Below, piece by piece: positions 55,192 through 64,000 of a DNA stretch of 64,000 bases. Every line of letters starts with the position of its first letter. The first letter of the stretch is position 1. Position numbers and translations under genes: made by a program. The notes below the pieces were generated by a model. The model saw nothing but the letters and a program-made list of their open reading frames with translations, ran no database searches and was not told the origin of the DNA. This DNA is from a virus, in the UHGV virus genome UHGV-1372088. One strand, given 5' to 3'.

Positions 55192-58100
55192 ATGGAACAG
55201 TTCAAAAAAAGAAAACTGCCTGAAATTATCGCAGGTGCTGGCGGCAAGAAGTCGTCCGGCTCGTCAAGGACACCGGTAGAGGCGGACGACACCGTTAACT
55301 CGAATGTCAAAGTATCCATTCTGGACTTGCTGGGTGAGGGCGTTATTGGCGGTCTGAAGGACGGCGCGAAGTCGATCTTCCTTAACGACCTGCCATTGCA
55401 GAACTCTGACGACACTTACAACCACTCAGGCGTAACCTGGTGGTTCCGTGATGGCTCTCAGGACCAGAGCATCATCGAAGGCTTCGACTACACCGAAACG
55501 CCTAAAACCATCGGCTTGCAGGTCAAGAAAACGAGCGCCGTTACGATGGCGGTCGACAGTGACAGCGCTGACCGCTTCCGCGTCATTCTGAAATTCCCAT
55601 CGCTGAAATCTGTCGACAAAAAGACGGGTGACACCAGCGGTACTTCTGTCACGTACAAATTCCAGGTGAGCAGTGCCGGCGGCGCATTTGTTGACGTGGC
55701 GCCAGAGGGCGAGTCCTCCGGGACCGTTACGCTGACCGCGAAGAAGGCCGGCGTTTATTATCGAAGCTACATACTCAACCTGCCGAAGCCGGGCTCTAAG
55801 TATCAGGTTCGTGTTGTTCGTGTTACCGACGACAACAAAGACACGACCTACCTTGCCAACGATATCTATGTGGATACCGTCGGGGAGATCATCAACACCA
55901 ACATGAACTACCCGAACTCTGCGCTGGTCGGCCTTCGCGTCAACTCAGAGCAGTTCGGCTCGTCCATGCCGTCTCGTTCGTACCTGATTAGCGGTATGAA
56001 GATCCGCGTCCCGTCAAACTACGATGAAGTCACCAACGAATACCGAGGGACATGGGACGGTTCGTTCAAACTGATGTCGTCCAGTAACCCGGCATGGATT
56101 CTGTATGACCTCGTGACCAATAAGCGCTATGGTCTGGGTGAGTTCGTCAGAGAGTCAATGTTTGACCTTGGCCAGCTTTATCAGATCGGCCGGTACTGCG
56201 ATGCGCTGGTTGACGACGGCTTTGGTGGCAAAGAGAAACGATTCGCCATCAACACGCAGATCACCACGCTTCAGGACGCCTATCGCTGCGTTCAGGATAT
56301 TGCTGGTGCTTTCCGTGGGATGGTTTATTGGGCCGGCGGCATGGTTCATGTGACGCAGGATAGCCCGTCAGACCCGATCGCCATCTACTCAAACTCCAAC
56401 GTAATTGATGGTCGATTCTCCTACAAAGGCTCTGCCCGTAAGGATCGCCCTTCTGTCGCGCTTATCACCTACAACAACAAAGAAGACAATTACAAGCAGA
56501 ATATTGAGTATGTCGAAGACTTAGAAGCCATTGAGCGCTACGGGATACGCAAGACGGAGTCTGTAGCGTTTGGTTGTACTTCTCGTGGCATGGCTCATCG
56601 TGTGGGCTTGTGGACGCTTTATACAGGGCGTATGGAGTCGGACGTTATCACGTTCCAGACAGGGATGGACTCAGCATTCCTCGTTCCGGGCGACGTCATC
56701 CTGATTCACGACAAGTTCCGCGCCGGCCGTCGTAATTCTGGTCGTGTTGTCGCATCCACCGCAAACAGCATTACACTGGACTCTACGGTCGACATGACCA
56801 AGGCTGGCACCATCACCTTCATTAACGCTGAAGGCCGGATGATTAGCCGCGACATCCTTGAATCTGGCGTAGTGAGCAAAGTCACCTTTAAAGATGCAGT
56901 GAACGAGGCCGACCGCCCGGTTGCTGATGGCATCTGGGTGATTTCTCAAAGCGATCTGAAACCGCTTCAGGCTCGCGTAGTTGGTGTTACCCAGGGTGAA
57001 GACGGCGTTGGTAGCACGATCACCTGTATCCAGAATAACCCGTCCAAATATGCTGCCATTGATGACGGCGCCGTGCTCATCCCGCAAAACACGACCGTCC
57101 TTGATCCGACATTCTCGAAACCCGAGAACCTGAAGATCACTGAAGGAACATACCTGTCCTCTCCGGGCAACCTAAACGTATCGCTGACGGCGACATGGGA
57201 AGGTAAATCCGCAGAGTATTGGGTTAGCTGGCGCCGATCCGATGCCGGTAATGTGTCCAACTGGCAGACGGCCAAAGTTAACGAAGAGCAGTTCGAAGTT
57301 AAGCCGGTCGCGGAGAGCGGCAAATACGACTTCCAGGTGTACGGCGTTTCCGTCTCCGGGCGTAAGACCGAAATCCTCAGCACAACGTATCAGGTTCTGG
57401 GAACCATGACGCCTCCGGGCGCTCCATCGTCTCTGACTGCCGTTGGCGACTACCGCCAGATTATCCTTGGCTGGTCTAACCCGTCGTCCGTCGATTTGGA
57501 TCACATCCAGATTTACGCCTCGAAGACCAACGACGTCACCAAGGCGACTCTGCTGGCTAAATCCACGACCACCAACTTCACCCACAGCGGTCTGGAAGAT
57601 TCGGTAACGTGGTACTACTGGATTCGCTCGGCCAACAAACGCGGCATGACCAGTGACTGGAGCTCGAAGCTCGGTACGTCGGCAATGACGCGCGATGTAT
57701 TGTCGTTCCTGCAAAACAAGATCACCGAATCCGAGCTCGCCAAAGACCTTCTGGCTGATATCGACAGCAAGGCGGTTGCTGCTGAGGTTGATGCTTCCAT
57801 TGAAGACGCGAAGTCCGAAGCTACCGCGCAGGTTGAGGCCGCCAAGAAAGAGGCGTCCAGCGCCTTAAGCGCAGCCCAGGTCACGCTGAACAACGCCATC
57901 AATCAGGAAGCGACTGACCGCAATAATGCTGTTGCTGACGAAGCTAAGCAGCGCTCCCAGGCTATTTCGGCAGAAGCTGATGCGCGTACCAAGGCTATCT
58001 CCGATGAGGCTATCGCTCGCGCTGACGCAATTACAAAAGAGTCCGACACTCGCACGAGGGCAATGGCCGACGAAGTCACCGCCCGAAACAAGGCTGTCGC

Positions 58101-61100
58101 TGACGAAGCCGCCGCCCGGACAAAGGCTGTGTCTGACGAGGCTGTCGCTCGCGCCAAGGCTGTGTCTGATGAGGTGGCGGCCAGAACCAAAGCTGTCGCA
58201 GATGAGGCCACCGCTCGCGCCAAGGCGATATCTGACGAAGCCGCCGCACGCGCTACGGCAATTAGCGATTCGGTGGCGGTTGAGGCTACCGCTCGCGCGA
58301 AGGCTATCGCAGACTCCGCGTCGTCTCTCAGCGACAAAATTGAAAAAGAGGTCACCGATCGCGTCAAGGCTGTTTCCGATCTGGACACCAAAACCGCAAA
58401 CGCGATCTCGTCCGAATCATCAAGCCGCATCGCTGCCATTTCTGATGAGGCAAAGACTCGCGCTGACGCTATTCTTCAGGAGAAGAACAGCCGCCAGGCG
58501 GAAATTAAAAATGTGTCCGCTCAAATGCAGACCGCCAACGAGTCTCTGGCGCAGCAGATTTCACAGGTCGCAGCGGGAACAGGCGAGCAGTTCGACAGTC
58601 TCAAGATCTGGTATTTCGATGCACAGACAACTGAAGGGTGGAGCGGCAACAAGAGCGCTATTCTGTCTGCTGACGGGTGGATTCGCTCAGGCAATGGCGT
58701 GGATGCATGGCTGACATCGCCAGCAGGTCTTGCTATCGCCGGCGCATCCTATCGCTTCATGAAGATGCGTATCCGAAAAGTGGGTAATCCAGTTTGGGAA
58801 GGTGCAATTCGCTGGATCACCAAAAGCGGCGATAGCTTCAACAACACCAATTTCATCACGGTAAGCGAACCGGAGTACAACGCCCAGGGTGTTGCTACGC
58901 TGACGGCAAGCGATATCAAGTGGAATAACGATACCGTTCACCAGATTCGTCTTGATCTTTCCATCTCGACCGATGATTCAAACTACATCGAAGTCGACTG
59001 GATCGCCGTCGGCCGACCAACTCCGGGCGCCGGCATGGCCGCTCTGCAAGATGAGAAGACCGCCCGTACCAACGCTGATGCAGCAGAAGCAGCCAGCCGC
59101 TCAACTCTGGCAACACAGCTGCGTGGCTCTTATGACGGGACTGACATTACAAAGCTGAGCTCTGGCCTCATCTTCCAGGAGCAGCAAGCGCGTGTAACTG
59201 CCGATAAAGTAGAGGCGACCGCACGTCAGTCACTGGAAACCAAAGTGAATGACAGCGTATCGAGTATCAACAAGTCGCTCGATACGCTGAACACGAAAGA
59301 CCAGGCGATGGCGTCAGACATCACCGGCCTTAAATCTTCTTTAGACGACAAAGCTGATGCGTCGGCCGTTCAGACACTCAAGGCGACGGTCGAGCAGCAG
59401 GGCTCGAATATCTCTACTCAGGGACAGTCGATCACCAAGCTTCAAGGCGATCTGAATACCACCAACACCAATGTTGGGAAGAAAGCCGACCAGACGGCCA
59501 TGACCGCGTTACAGGGAACTGTGACCCAGCAGGGCAAGGATATCGCGGCAGCCAACAGCAGCATCTCCACCCTGAAGTCTTCTCTGGACACTACGAACGA
59601 TGCGGTGGCCAAGAAAGCTGATGCGACGGCGGTCAGCGATCTGTCTTCTCGCGTAAGCGCGACAGAAGGTAGCGTGTCCAGTCAGGGCGACAGCATTGTC
59701 CAGCTGAATAACTCACTGAGCAACGCTCTGGCGGACTCTGACGCTTCAGCCAAGACTCCGAACAACCTGATCGTCAACCCATCGTTTGAGCGTGGTATGG
59801 ACGGTTATATTGGCGCATCCAGTCTCAGTACGGTCGTTACTGTTCAGATACCGCATGTCGGCACAAAAGCACTGAAAATTGACCCAGGTAGCTCCGTATC
59901 TCCGGGCCAGTACATCGATTTTGTCAAAGGCCGTACTTATGAGATCGGCGTCTGGGTTAAACAGGTTTCTGGAACAACAGATAATGGGCAGGGCAACAAC
60001 AAGCTGCGAGTGGGTAATAGTGCTGGAGCGCCAGTGTTTGAGGTCCCGTTCGCAAACCTCACCATTGACTGGACGAAAGTTAGCAAACGATGGAAGGCTA
60101 CCGAGACGGGAAGTCTGCCCGTTACGCTGAGCAACTATCTGACCGCCGGCAACCGCTACTTCGATGACTTCTACGTTATCGACGTAACCGACGCCGTGAA
60201 CATCGATGCGAGCGCCTCCGCGATTTCTTCGTTGCAGAGTACCGTCACGCAACAAGGTAAAGACATTTCGTCGCAGTCCACCAGCATCGCTGGCCTGAAC
60301 AACAGCCTGAACACAACCAACGAAAACGTCGCGAAGAAGGCTGATTCCTCTGCGGTCCAGACGTTGCAAAATACTGTGACGCAGCAGGGCAAGGATATCT
60401 CTGCCGCCAATAGCGACATCACCAATCTGAAAGGCAGTCTGGATGCGACAAACGATAAAGTCGCTACCAAGGCTGACGCTTCAGCAATGAGTGATCTGGC
60501 GTCTCGCGTATCCCAGAATGAGAAAGGCATTGCCACGCAATCCGACTCTCTGACCAAATTGAGTAACAAGGTGTCCAGCATTGACGTCGGCGGTGTGAAC
60601 CTCATCACCAACGGCGATATGAGTGCGGCGCCGGTATCTCTGCTTTCCACTACGACCAGCTTTAAATCGTTCGATCGTACCGTGACTGCCGATGTCCGTG
60701 GCATGTCAGTGGTGACGCCTCGCTCAATAACGCTGTCCGTATGGTTTAAAGAGCTGTCCTCTGGGTTCGGGACGACGAAGCCGTTCACCAGTGTTGTGAT
60801 TGGTAAAAGCGCTGCCGGCGATAATTGGGGCGTTCGTTTCTATGCCAGCAACGGAAGTGTGTCGCAGAAAGGGGATATGTTCGTCTGGACCGGTACGATT
60901 AACCTGAAAGCCGGCGACACGCTGTTCAATGACCCGACGACGATCCGCTTCATTCTGGAAGATAAAACCCAGAAGACTGGCGCCATCTTCTACCGCGTTA
61001 AGTTGGAAAACGGCAACATCGCAACCGACTGGTCCGCAAGCCCGGACGAAGTGAAGTCAGGTCTGGATGCCAATGCGTCTGCACTGAATGCACTAACGAC

Positions 61101-64000
61101 GCGCGTTGCCTCAACCGAGGGTAATGTTGAATCTCAGGGCAACAGCATCACTTCTCTGAAGAACGACCTGGCGACAACCAACGCCAACGTTTCGAAGAAA
61201 GCTGACTCGTCCGCTGTAGCGACAATCCAGAGCACGGTAACGCAGCAGGGCAAGGACATTGCATCCTCCGCGTCCGACATCTCATCGCTGAAGAATAGTC
61301 TCGCCACAACGGACAGCAACGTCGCGAAGAAGGCGGACGCCTCAGCACTGCAAACTCTGCAAAACACGGTAACACAGCAGGGTAAAGATCTGACCAGCGT
61401 TGGCAATCGTGCAACGGCGCTGGAGAACAGCCTCAAAACGACGAACGACAATGTTGCGACCAAGGCCGATGCCTCCGCGCTGTCAACGCTTCAGAATACC
61501 GTATCACAGCACGGTGATTCCATTGCGTCTCAGAGCGACTCAATAACCAGTCTGAAAAACAGCGTCGGTTCTTTGGTTAACATGGGCGACAATCTGGTTC
61601 AGGACTCCAGCTTTGACAACGGCGGGCAAACGTTCAGGACTCAGCAAAATTCTGGAACATCTGGAAGTATTGTTGCGTTTGGCGCGTTTGGTGAAAACTC
61701 GGCCGGTGTGCGTATGGTTAAAGTCAACGGTACGTCGCCTGGTCTGTTCGCTAACGGCAAACTGCCAGTTCCGGTAAATGGCGCGAGAAAATACCGTTAC
61801 ATTGTTCGCGCGAAGGGTGTTTCCGGGGCAATGAATATGCTGCTGCGCCGCTGGAATTTTAACGGCAATACGGAAGGGGCGTATGAAGACAAGAACAATA
61901 CGCTGACAACCGACTGGCAAACCATCACCTGGGACACATCCTTCTCGCCGAAAGACGGCGTTGACGGTCAGTCCTTTGGCATCTACTGCCATCCGAACAA
62001 TGGCGAGATCTGGATTGATTCATTCCAGGTGTTCGACATTACCGATGCGACCAACAATGAGACGACGGCCAGCGCGTTAAGCAATCTGTCGACGACCGTT
62101 TCCAGGCAGGGTGAAACCGTCACCTCTCAGGGTACGGCGATCACCAAGTTGCAGAATGACCTCAGCTCCACCAAGACCGATCTGGCTAAGAAAGCGGATG
62201 CATCGGCGCTTCAGACACTGCAAAGCACCGTGACCGATCAGGGTAAGACGCTGACCAGCCAGGGTGATGCGATCACGGCGCTGAATAACACCGTTAATAC
62301 GGTGAAAGGTGATGTGGCAAAGAAAGCCGACTCCTCTGCGCTTCAGAATCTTCAGAGCACCGTAACACAGCAGGGTAAAGACATCTCCACCAATGCCAGC
62401 AACATCACGGCGCTGACTGGAAACCTTGCCACCACAAACGCTGCCGTCGCAACGAAAGCTGATGCTTCTGCGTTGAACAACCTCACAACGAGAGTGACCC
62501 AGAACGAGAAGAACATCTCTTCTCAAAGTGACGCCGTAACGAAGCTGTCCAACACGGTAAGCAACATCGCGGTAGGTAGCGCAAACCTGATTCCGAACTC
62601 CGGCACAATGGAGGGATGGTCTGACGTCATTAGCGACACCTATCGTGGCAACAAGGTCTTCTCGTTCACGAGAAAAGCCAACAGCTCAAGCTACGTTCAG
62701 TCGAACGAGATTGTGCTGGCCGGCCCGGTGGACTCCGACAGCTACGTCTACAGCTTCTGGGCGAAAGCCGCGAAGGATGGCACTGTCATCAACGCCTACT
62801 TCTACAACCCAAGCAACACGACCGGTTCTGAAACAAGCCAGGGTGTTAAGGGTAGCAGTTCTGATGGCTCTGCGGCGATCACACTGACCACCTCATGGGC
62901 GCGTTATTGGGTTAAGTGGACTCATTCTCCGACAACCGGAACGAAGCGCTTCATTCCGGCGCGACTGAACAATTCCTCAACTGCCGACCAGACTGTCTTC
63001 ATCAGCTCGCCGCAGCTGGAAACCGGCAACGTCGTAACCGACTGGAAAGCGGCAGACAGTGATTTCGCCTCAGCCTCCGCGCTCAGTACGCTGACCAGCC
63101 GTGTAACCTCGGATGAAGGCGTTATTTCATCTCAGGGTTCGGCAATCGCCGATCTGAAAAACAGTCTGGCGACAACAAACTCGACCGTTGCAACAAAGGC
63201 GGACGCTTCAGCGTTGAGTTCGCTTCAGAACACCGTAACCAAGCAGGGTACGGACCTGAAGTCGGCGTCTGATTCCATCACGACGCTGAAGAACAGCATC
63301 GCGGCGACTGATGCCAATGTTGCCAAGAAAGCGGACGCATCCGCTCTCCAGACGCTCCAGAGCACCGTCTCTACGCAAGGGGATAAGATTGCCAGTCAGG
63401 GTAATTCTATCACCAGCCTGGGCAACTCACTGGACACCGTGAAGGGCGATGTTGCGAAGAAGGCGGACACTACGGCTTTGAATAACCTTTCTACTCGGGT
63501 TAGCAATGCCGAAGATAAGATCAGCAGCAGCAGTGACGCCATCACTTCGCTGAACAGCTCGCTGAATCAGCAGTCTAAGCGCGGCGCAAACATCCTGCCA
63601 GACGGGACGTTCGAGAGCTATTCGAGCGGGTACAATATCACCAATGGTCGCGTCATCGTGACTGCTGACGATTCTCACGGCGGAAACAAATGCATCCGTG
63701 TGACACGTCCGAACGACTACACTAATTATACAGATAACAGTGACAACCACATCTTCAGCGGCTTCCAGGTTCGCGACAACGCGGTATTCTATGTTGAGTG
63801 CTGGGTTAAGCTGGACGCCAAGAGCACGACGATGGATGGCTCGGTGCAGATTGCGGTCGGCATGTCGTTGCAGTATCAGGATAACTCCTGGCAGTGGCCG
63901 GCACTCATTAAGTCGGCAAAAGATCTGTCCGCAGACACCTGGACGAAAGTCAGTGGCTATCTGAAGAGCAGCAAGAGCGGTATCAAACAGGCGATGGTGC
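55192..64000 (+). CDS. central tail fiber / host specificity protein, lambda gpJ-like N-terminus, with a very long modular C-terminal extension (partial, continues beyond the window)
   Basis: N-terminal ...GGKKSSGSSRTP...VSILDLLGEGVIGG...VTWWFRDGSQDQ is collinear with the gpJ N-terminus. The frame stays open for more than 2,930 codons to the window end. Contains an FN3-like region, a hendecad Ala-rich coiled coil, roughly 40-aa repeats and beta-sandwich modules. Confidence 0.75.
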   Translation, partial: MEQFKKRKLPEIIAGAGGKKSSGSSRTPVEADDTVNSNVKVSILDLLGEGVIGGLKDGAKSIFLNDLPLQNSDDTYNHSGVTWWFRDGSQDQSIIEGFDYTETPKTIGLQVKKTSAVTMAVDSDSADRFRVILKFPSLKSVDKKTGDTSGTSVTYKFQVSSAGGAFVDVAPEGESSGTVTLTAKKAGVYYRSYILNLPKPGSKYQVRVVRVTDDNKDTTYLANDIYVDTVGEIINTNMNYPNSALVGLRVNSEQFGSSMPSRSYLISGMKIRVPSNYDEVTNEYRGTWDGSFKLMSSSNPAWILYDLVTNKRYGLGEFVRESMFDLGQLYQIGRYCDALVDDGFGGKEKRFAINTQITTLQDAYRCVQDIAGAFRGMVYWAGGMVHVTQDSPSDPIAIYSNSNVIDGRFSYKGSARKDRPSVALITYNNKEDNYKQNIEYVEDLEAIERYGIRKTESVAFGCTSRGMAHRVGLWTLYTGRMESDVITFQTGMDSAFLVPGDVILIHDKFRAGRRNSGRVVASTANSITLDSTVDMTKAGTITFINAEGRMISRDILESGVVSKVTFKDAVNEADRPVADGIWVISQSDLKPLQARVVGVTQGEDGVGSTITCIQNNPSKYAAIDDGAVLIPQNTTVLDPTFSKPENLKITEGTYLSSPGNLNVSLTATWEGKSAEYWVSWRRSDAGNVSNWQTAKVNEEQFEVKPVAESGKYDFQVYGVSVSGRKTEILSTTYQVLGTMTPPGAPSSLTAVGDYRQIILGWSNPSSVDLDHIQIYASKTNDVTKATLLAKSTTTNFTHSGLEDSVTWYYWIRSANKRGMTSDWSSKLGTSAMTRDVLSFLQNKITESELAKDLLADIDSKAVAAEVDASIEDAKSEATAQVEAAKKEASSALSAAQVTLNNAINQEATDRNNAVADEAKQRSQAISAEADARTKAISDEAIARADAITKESDTRTRAMADEVTARNKAVADEAAARTKAVSDEAVARAKAVSDEVAARTKAVADEATARAKAISDEAAARATAISDSVAVEATARAKAIADSASSLSDKIEKEVTDRVKAVSDLDTKTANAISSESSSRIAAISDEAKTRADAILQEKNSRQAEIKNVSAQMQTANESLAQQISQVAAGTGEQFDSLKIWYFDAQTTEGWSGNKSAILSADGWIRSGNGVDAWLTSPAGLAIAGASYRFMKMRIRKVGNPVWEGAIRWITKSGDSFNNTNFITVSEPEYNAQGVATLTASDIKWNNDTVHQIRLDLSISTDDSNYIEVDWIAVGRPTPGAGMAALQDEKTARTNADAAEAASRSTLATQLRGSYDGTDITKLSSGLIFQEQQARVTADKVEATARQSLETKVNDSVSSINKSLDTLNTKDQAMASDITGLKSSLDDKADASAVQTLKATVEQQGSNISTQGQSITKLQGDLNTTNTNVGKKADQTAMTALQGTVTQQGKDIAAANSSISTLKSSLDTTNDAVAKKADATAVSDLSSRVSATEGSVSSQGDSIVQLNNSLSNALADSDASAKTPNNLIVNPSFERGMDGYIGASSLSTVVTVQIPHVGTKALKIDPGSSVSPGQYIDFVKGRTYEIGVWVKQVSGTTDNGQGNNKLRVGNSAGAPVFEVPFANLTIDWTKVSKRWKATETGSLPVTLSNYLTAGNRYFDDFYVIDVTDAVNIDASASAISSLQSTVTQQGKDISSQSTSIAGLNNSLNTTNENVAKKADSSAVQTLQNTVTQQGKDISAANSDITNLKGSLDATNDKVATKADASAMSDLASRVSQNEKGIATQSDSLTKLSNKVSSIDVGGVNLITNGDMSAAPVSLLSTTTSFKSFDRTVTADVRGMSVVTPRSITLSVWFKELSSGFGTTKPFTSVVIGKSAAGDNWGVRFYASNGSVSQKGDMFVWTGTINLKAGDTLFNDPTTIRFILEDKTQKTGAIFYRVKLENGNIATDWSASPDEVKSGLDANASALNALTTRVASTEGNVESQGNSITSLKNDLATTNANVSKKADSSAVATIQSTVTQQGKDIASSASDISSLKNSLATTDSNVAKKADASALQTLQNTVTQQGKDLTSVGNRATALENSLKTTNDNVATKADASALSTLQNTVSQHGDSIASQSDSITSLKNSVGSLVNMGDNLVQDSSFDNGGQTFRTQQNSGTSGSIVAFGAFGENSAGVRMVKVNGTSPGLFANGKLPVPVNGARKYRYIVRAKGVSGAMNMLLRRWNFNGNTEGAYEDKNNTLTTDWQTITWDTSFSPKDGVDGQSFGIYCHPNNGEIWIDSFQVFDITDATNNETTASALSNLSTTVSRQGETVTSQGTAITKLQNDLSSTKTDLAKKADASALQTLQSTVTDQGKTLTSQGDAITALNNTVNTVKGDVAKKADSSALQNLQSTVTQQGKDISTNASNITALTGNLATTNAAVATKADASALNNLTTRVTQNEKNISSQSDAVTKLSNTVSNIAVGSANLIPNSGTMEGWSDVISDTYRGNKVFSFTRKANSSSYVQSNEIVLAGPVDSDSYVYSFWAKAAKDGTVINAYFYNPSNTTGSETSQGVKGSSSDGSAAITLTTSWARYWVKWTHSPTTGTKRFIPARLNNSSTADQTVFISSPQLETGNVVTDWKAADSDFASASALSTLTSRVTSDEGVISSQGSAIADLKNSLATTNSTVATKADASALSSLQNTVTKQGTDLKSASDSITTLKNSIAATDANVAKKADASALQTLQSTVSTQGDKIASQGNSITSLGNSLDTVKGDVAKKADTTALNNLSTRVSNAEDKISSSSDAITSLNSSLNQQSKRGANILPDGTFESYSSGYNITNGRVIVTADDSHGGNKCIRVTRPNDYTNYTDNSDNHIFSGFQVRDNAVFYVECWVKLDAKSTTMDGSVQIAVGMSLQYQDNSWQWPALIKSAKDLSADTWTKVSGYLKSSKSGIKQAMV

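Noticed and set aside
57903-58439. Minus-strand ORFs antisense to the fiber gene (for example the 178-aa Ala/Ser-rich ORF at 57903..58439, the 205-aa ORF at 60171..60788 and the 109-aa ORF at 61134..61463)
   Set aside because: These are mirror frames of the Ala-rich hendecad and roughly 40-aa repeats encoded on the + strand. They are repetitive and low-complexity, and sit entirely inside a well-supported + strand gene.
48047-64000. Assignment of the element to the T5-like (Demerecviridae) phages, based on the sbcCD, nrdAB, thyA and frd content
   Set aside because: The tail module is lambda-like (gpV-like tube with Ig domain, G/GT, M, L, K, I, J) rather than T5 pb6/pb2/pb3/pb4. An iteron replicon and ParB genes are also present. 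A phage-plasmid of the SSU5/pHCM2 type fits better.

Overview
This 64-kb window reads as a contiguous piece of a large tailed-phage genome with about 50% GC. Nearly all genes run on the + strand; the exceptions are a replication-initiator gene at 2.1-3.2 kb and a block at 30.3-34.1 kb. The order of content is as follows. A plasmid-type replicon comes first: 17-19 bp iterons flank a Rep-like gene, followed by a GATC cluster and a perfect DnaA box. A DNA repair and nucleotide metabolism module follows (SbcD, SbcC, a RuvC-like resolvase, NrdA, NrdB, a MazG-like protein, ThyA, DHFR, a P-loop kinase, a DEDDh exonuclease). A noncoding tract with tandem repeats comes next. A roughly 10-kb accessory 'early' region of small ORFs follows, driven by a repeated palindromic promoter/operator. 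It includes a His-rich protein, a TerB-like protein, a fusion protein with a gamma-type N6-adenine methyltransferase domain, a membrane protein plus lipoprotein pair, and a roughly 1.5-kb non-coding tract of extreme strand asymmetry. A low-GC island of minus-strand genes with tandem hairpin terminators follows. It is followed by an SF2 helicase operon on the minus strand, diverging from a ParB-ParB-ABC ATPase-HExxH-GNAT-wHTH operon. Finally there is a complete lambda-like morphogenesis module: TerS, TerL, portal, scaffold, major capsid, an Ig-like decoration protein, connector proteins, a gpV-like tail tube with a candidate -1 frameshift onto an Ig-like domain, G/GT-like chaperones, a 1541-aa tape measure protein, gpM-, gpL-, gpK- and gpI-like proteins, and a gpJ-like central fiber that is still open after more than 2,900 codons at the window end. 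Nucleotide-metabolism genes together with an iteron replicon, ParB-like genes and a lambda-like tail suggest an SSU5/pHCM2-like phage-plasmid rather than a T5-like phage. This is an inference and has not been verified by any search. The most interesting signals are: (1) a dispersed palindromic operator GTAAACAACTTGTTTAC paired with TGgGATAAT; (2) a second promoter-associated inverted repeat, TATGTA-N-TACATA; (3) the 25.0-26.6 kb tract (CA-rich, then GGA-rich polypurine, then GC-rich) and its 70-bp direct repeats at 26.27 and 29.81 kb; (4) a low-GC minus-strand island encoding a wHTH protein; (5) a canonical slippery heptamer, CCCAAAG, at the tube gene stop; (6) the modular giant fiber, with a hendecad coiled coil and at least five lectin-like modules.
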